A stretch of 63,937 nt of DNA, counting the filler, from Vicugna vicugna (taxonomy: Eukaryota), in assembly GCA_013265495.1 (NCBI GenBank). It is 76 parts of 74 records of this genome, joined end to end, with 100 filler letters (N's around TTAATTAATTAA, not from the genome) between each part and the next. Parts side by side here need not be neighbours in the genome. Positions count along the whole stretch, not along the records: positions 62,564 to 63,381 come from PNXW01023157.1; positions 63,482 to 63,937 come from PNXW01023230.1; 74 more parts are not named here. The stretch is one strand, 5' to 3'. Shown here piece by piece: positions 62,794 to 63,937 of the stretch (the stretch's first letter is position 1; every line of letters starts with the position of its first letter). The position numbers and the translations under genes are program-made. Under the pieces are notes generated by a model. It searched no databases. It had not been told where the DNA came from and saw only the letters and a program-made list of their open reading frames with translations.

Positions 62794-62840
62794 ATTTCAG
62801 TTAAGTATACTTGGAAAATTTCAGTTAAGTATACTTGGAA
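62794..62840. repeat. 24-bp tandem duplication
   Basis: atttcagttaagtatacttggaa occurs twice (62794 and 62818). Confidence 0.9.
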
Positions 62841-63558
62841 TTTAAAAGTTTATTTAAGTCTGAAGTAAAATGGACGATGCTTCCACAAGACAGATTGCTA
62901 TACTGGTCATCAAAAATCATGCCAGAGGAGATAGAATATTGTAGAATAAACATATAATAAGCCGAATGGAAACGAGGTGTCCACACAGAAAACAGGCACA
63001 GAGTGCTCTCTGGTTTTTTATGACAGAGGTGATGCTCAATGACGAAATGATAGAAAAAAGACGTTAACGTGTTAATTATTATCTTTGATTAGCGGGACCA
63101 GGATAGCCCCTTTTGCCCCCTTTTTCAGACATATTATTTTAAATGCACATTCATTTTCATCTGAAAAAAGCATTTTCAGGTGTGTAGTACCACGCATTGG
63201 AGAATAATACATGAATACTTAGAGAAACAAGTAACTAGGAGACAAGGCAGCAGCGTCACACAATGTACAACAGGCGATCCTGATTAACACCACTCAGTTA
63301 CATAAGTACCCACAAAGTGAGAGCACCAGCTGTAATAGGGCACGGCCCCCTTCTATTTGTCAGCAGTGTCTTCAGGGCTGANNNNNNNNNNNNNNNNNNN
63401 NNNNNNNNNNNNNNNNNNNNNNNNNTTAATTAATTAANNNNNNNNNNNNNNNNNNNNNNNNNNNNNNNNNNNNNNNNNNNNGAACTTGGAACCGAAGTCA
63501 CCAGGCACCCACTCTGTAGAGAAGCCACTACTCAGCTCACCTGGTTGGAGACAGAGAC

Positions 63559-63693
63559 ATTTTCTGCTGCATCCCAATGTCCCGAGGCCGCAGCCCCCGG
63601 AAAGCCCGCAGCGAGGGGCTGTACCAACGCTGCCGGCGCTGGGTCAGGTCTCACCCAAGGCGCTTCTGGCTTTTTGGCCAGAGAGACCCAAAG
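63559..63693 (+). CDS. Probable first coding exon of a RalGDS-like/RGL4-like multicopy gene family member (possibly a pseudogene)
   Basis: Translates IFCCIPMSRGRSPRKARSEGLYQRCRRWVRSHPRRFWLFGQRDPK, then donor aag|gtaaca. Resembles the M(F)SCC.P.SRG...RRW....RRLW.F N-terminus I recall for 'ral guanine nucleotide dissociation stimulator-like' proteins. Confidence 0.62.
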
Positions 63694-63937
63694 GTAACAC
63701 AGGGAGGCCCAGGGCAGGCCCGCCCCGGCTGGGCCACTGCTCAGATCCCACCCAGGTAGCCACACGGCCCCGTCCTGGCTGGTGGAGGTGGAGCAGTCAT
63801 GTTGGGGATCGGTAAAAGAGCAGGTCAGAGGCCTGGGTGGCCGGTCACATAGACAGCCCAAGTCAAAGCTGGCTGGCTGGTATGTGGAGAGTCGGGGAAG
63901 GGTCCTGCTGCCCGAGGTGGAGCCCATGCTCTCTGGG

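Larger units (their letters stand above)
570..63481. other. Artificial scaffold-joining spacer N44-TTAATTAATTAA-N44, about 75 copies (first 570-669, last 63382-63481)
   Basis: The same 12-mer is always flanked by 44 N on each side (e.g. 614-625, 1551-1562, 63426-63437). It gives stops in all six frames, and the sequences on either side are unrelated. Confidence 0.98.

Noticed and set aside
614..63437. TTAATTAATTAA recurring between unique segments, which might be read as a CRISPR-like repeat, piggyBac TTAA site or PacI array
   Set aside because: It is always isolated inside exactly 44+44 N, so it is an artificial linker with six-frame stops.

Overview
This window is not contiguous DNA. It is about 76 short, unplaced mammalian scaffolds (roughly 0.1-2.1 kb, many with internal N gaps) joined by about 75 copies of an artificial 100-bp spacer, N44-TTAATTAATTAA-N44, which has stops in all six frames. 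Adjacency across a spacer means nothing, and almost all listed ORFs are N-spanning or repeat artefacts. The tRNA-Ala-derived SINEs resemble the camelid Vic-1 family and a 267-bp satellite is abundant, so the source is probably a camelid such as alpaca (inference). The content is dominated by five satellite families, labelled by me: A (267 bp, GC-rich), B (249 bp), C (AT-rich, built from 7-mers), D (diverged ~263-266-bp monomers) and E (diverged ~247-bp monomers). D is homologous to A and E is homologous to B, and several families show higher-order structure. There are also LINE-1, L2, MIR, LTR and SINE fragments. Genic pieces are two exons of an intron-containing FAM71/GARIN gene with a tandemly duplicated splice acceptor, a first exon of the RalGDS-like/RGL4-like multicopy family, and a CpG-rich promoter with an RFX X-box. 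The most striking unexplained feature is a ~370-nt rod-like inverted repeat with a 44-bp uninterrupted stem whose only non-Watson-Crick pairs are G-U on the + strand. No prokaryotic system, CRISPR array or multi-gene novel system is supported.
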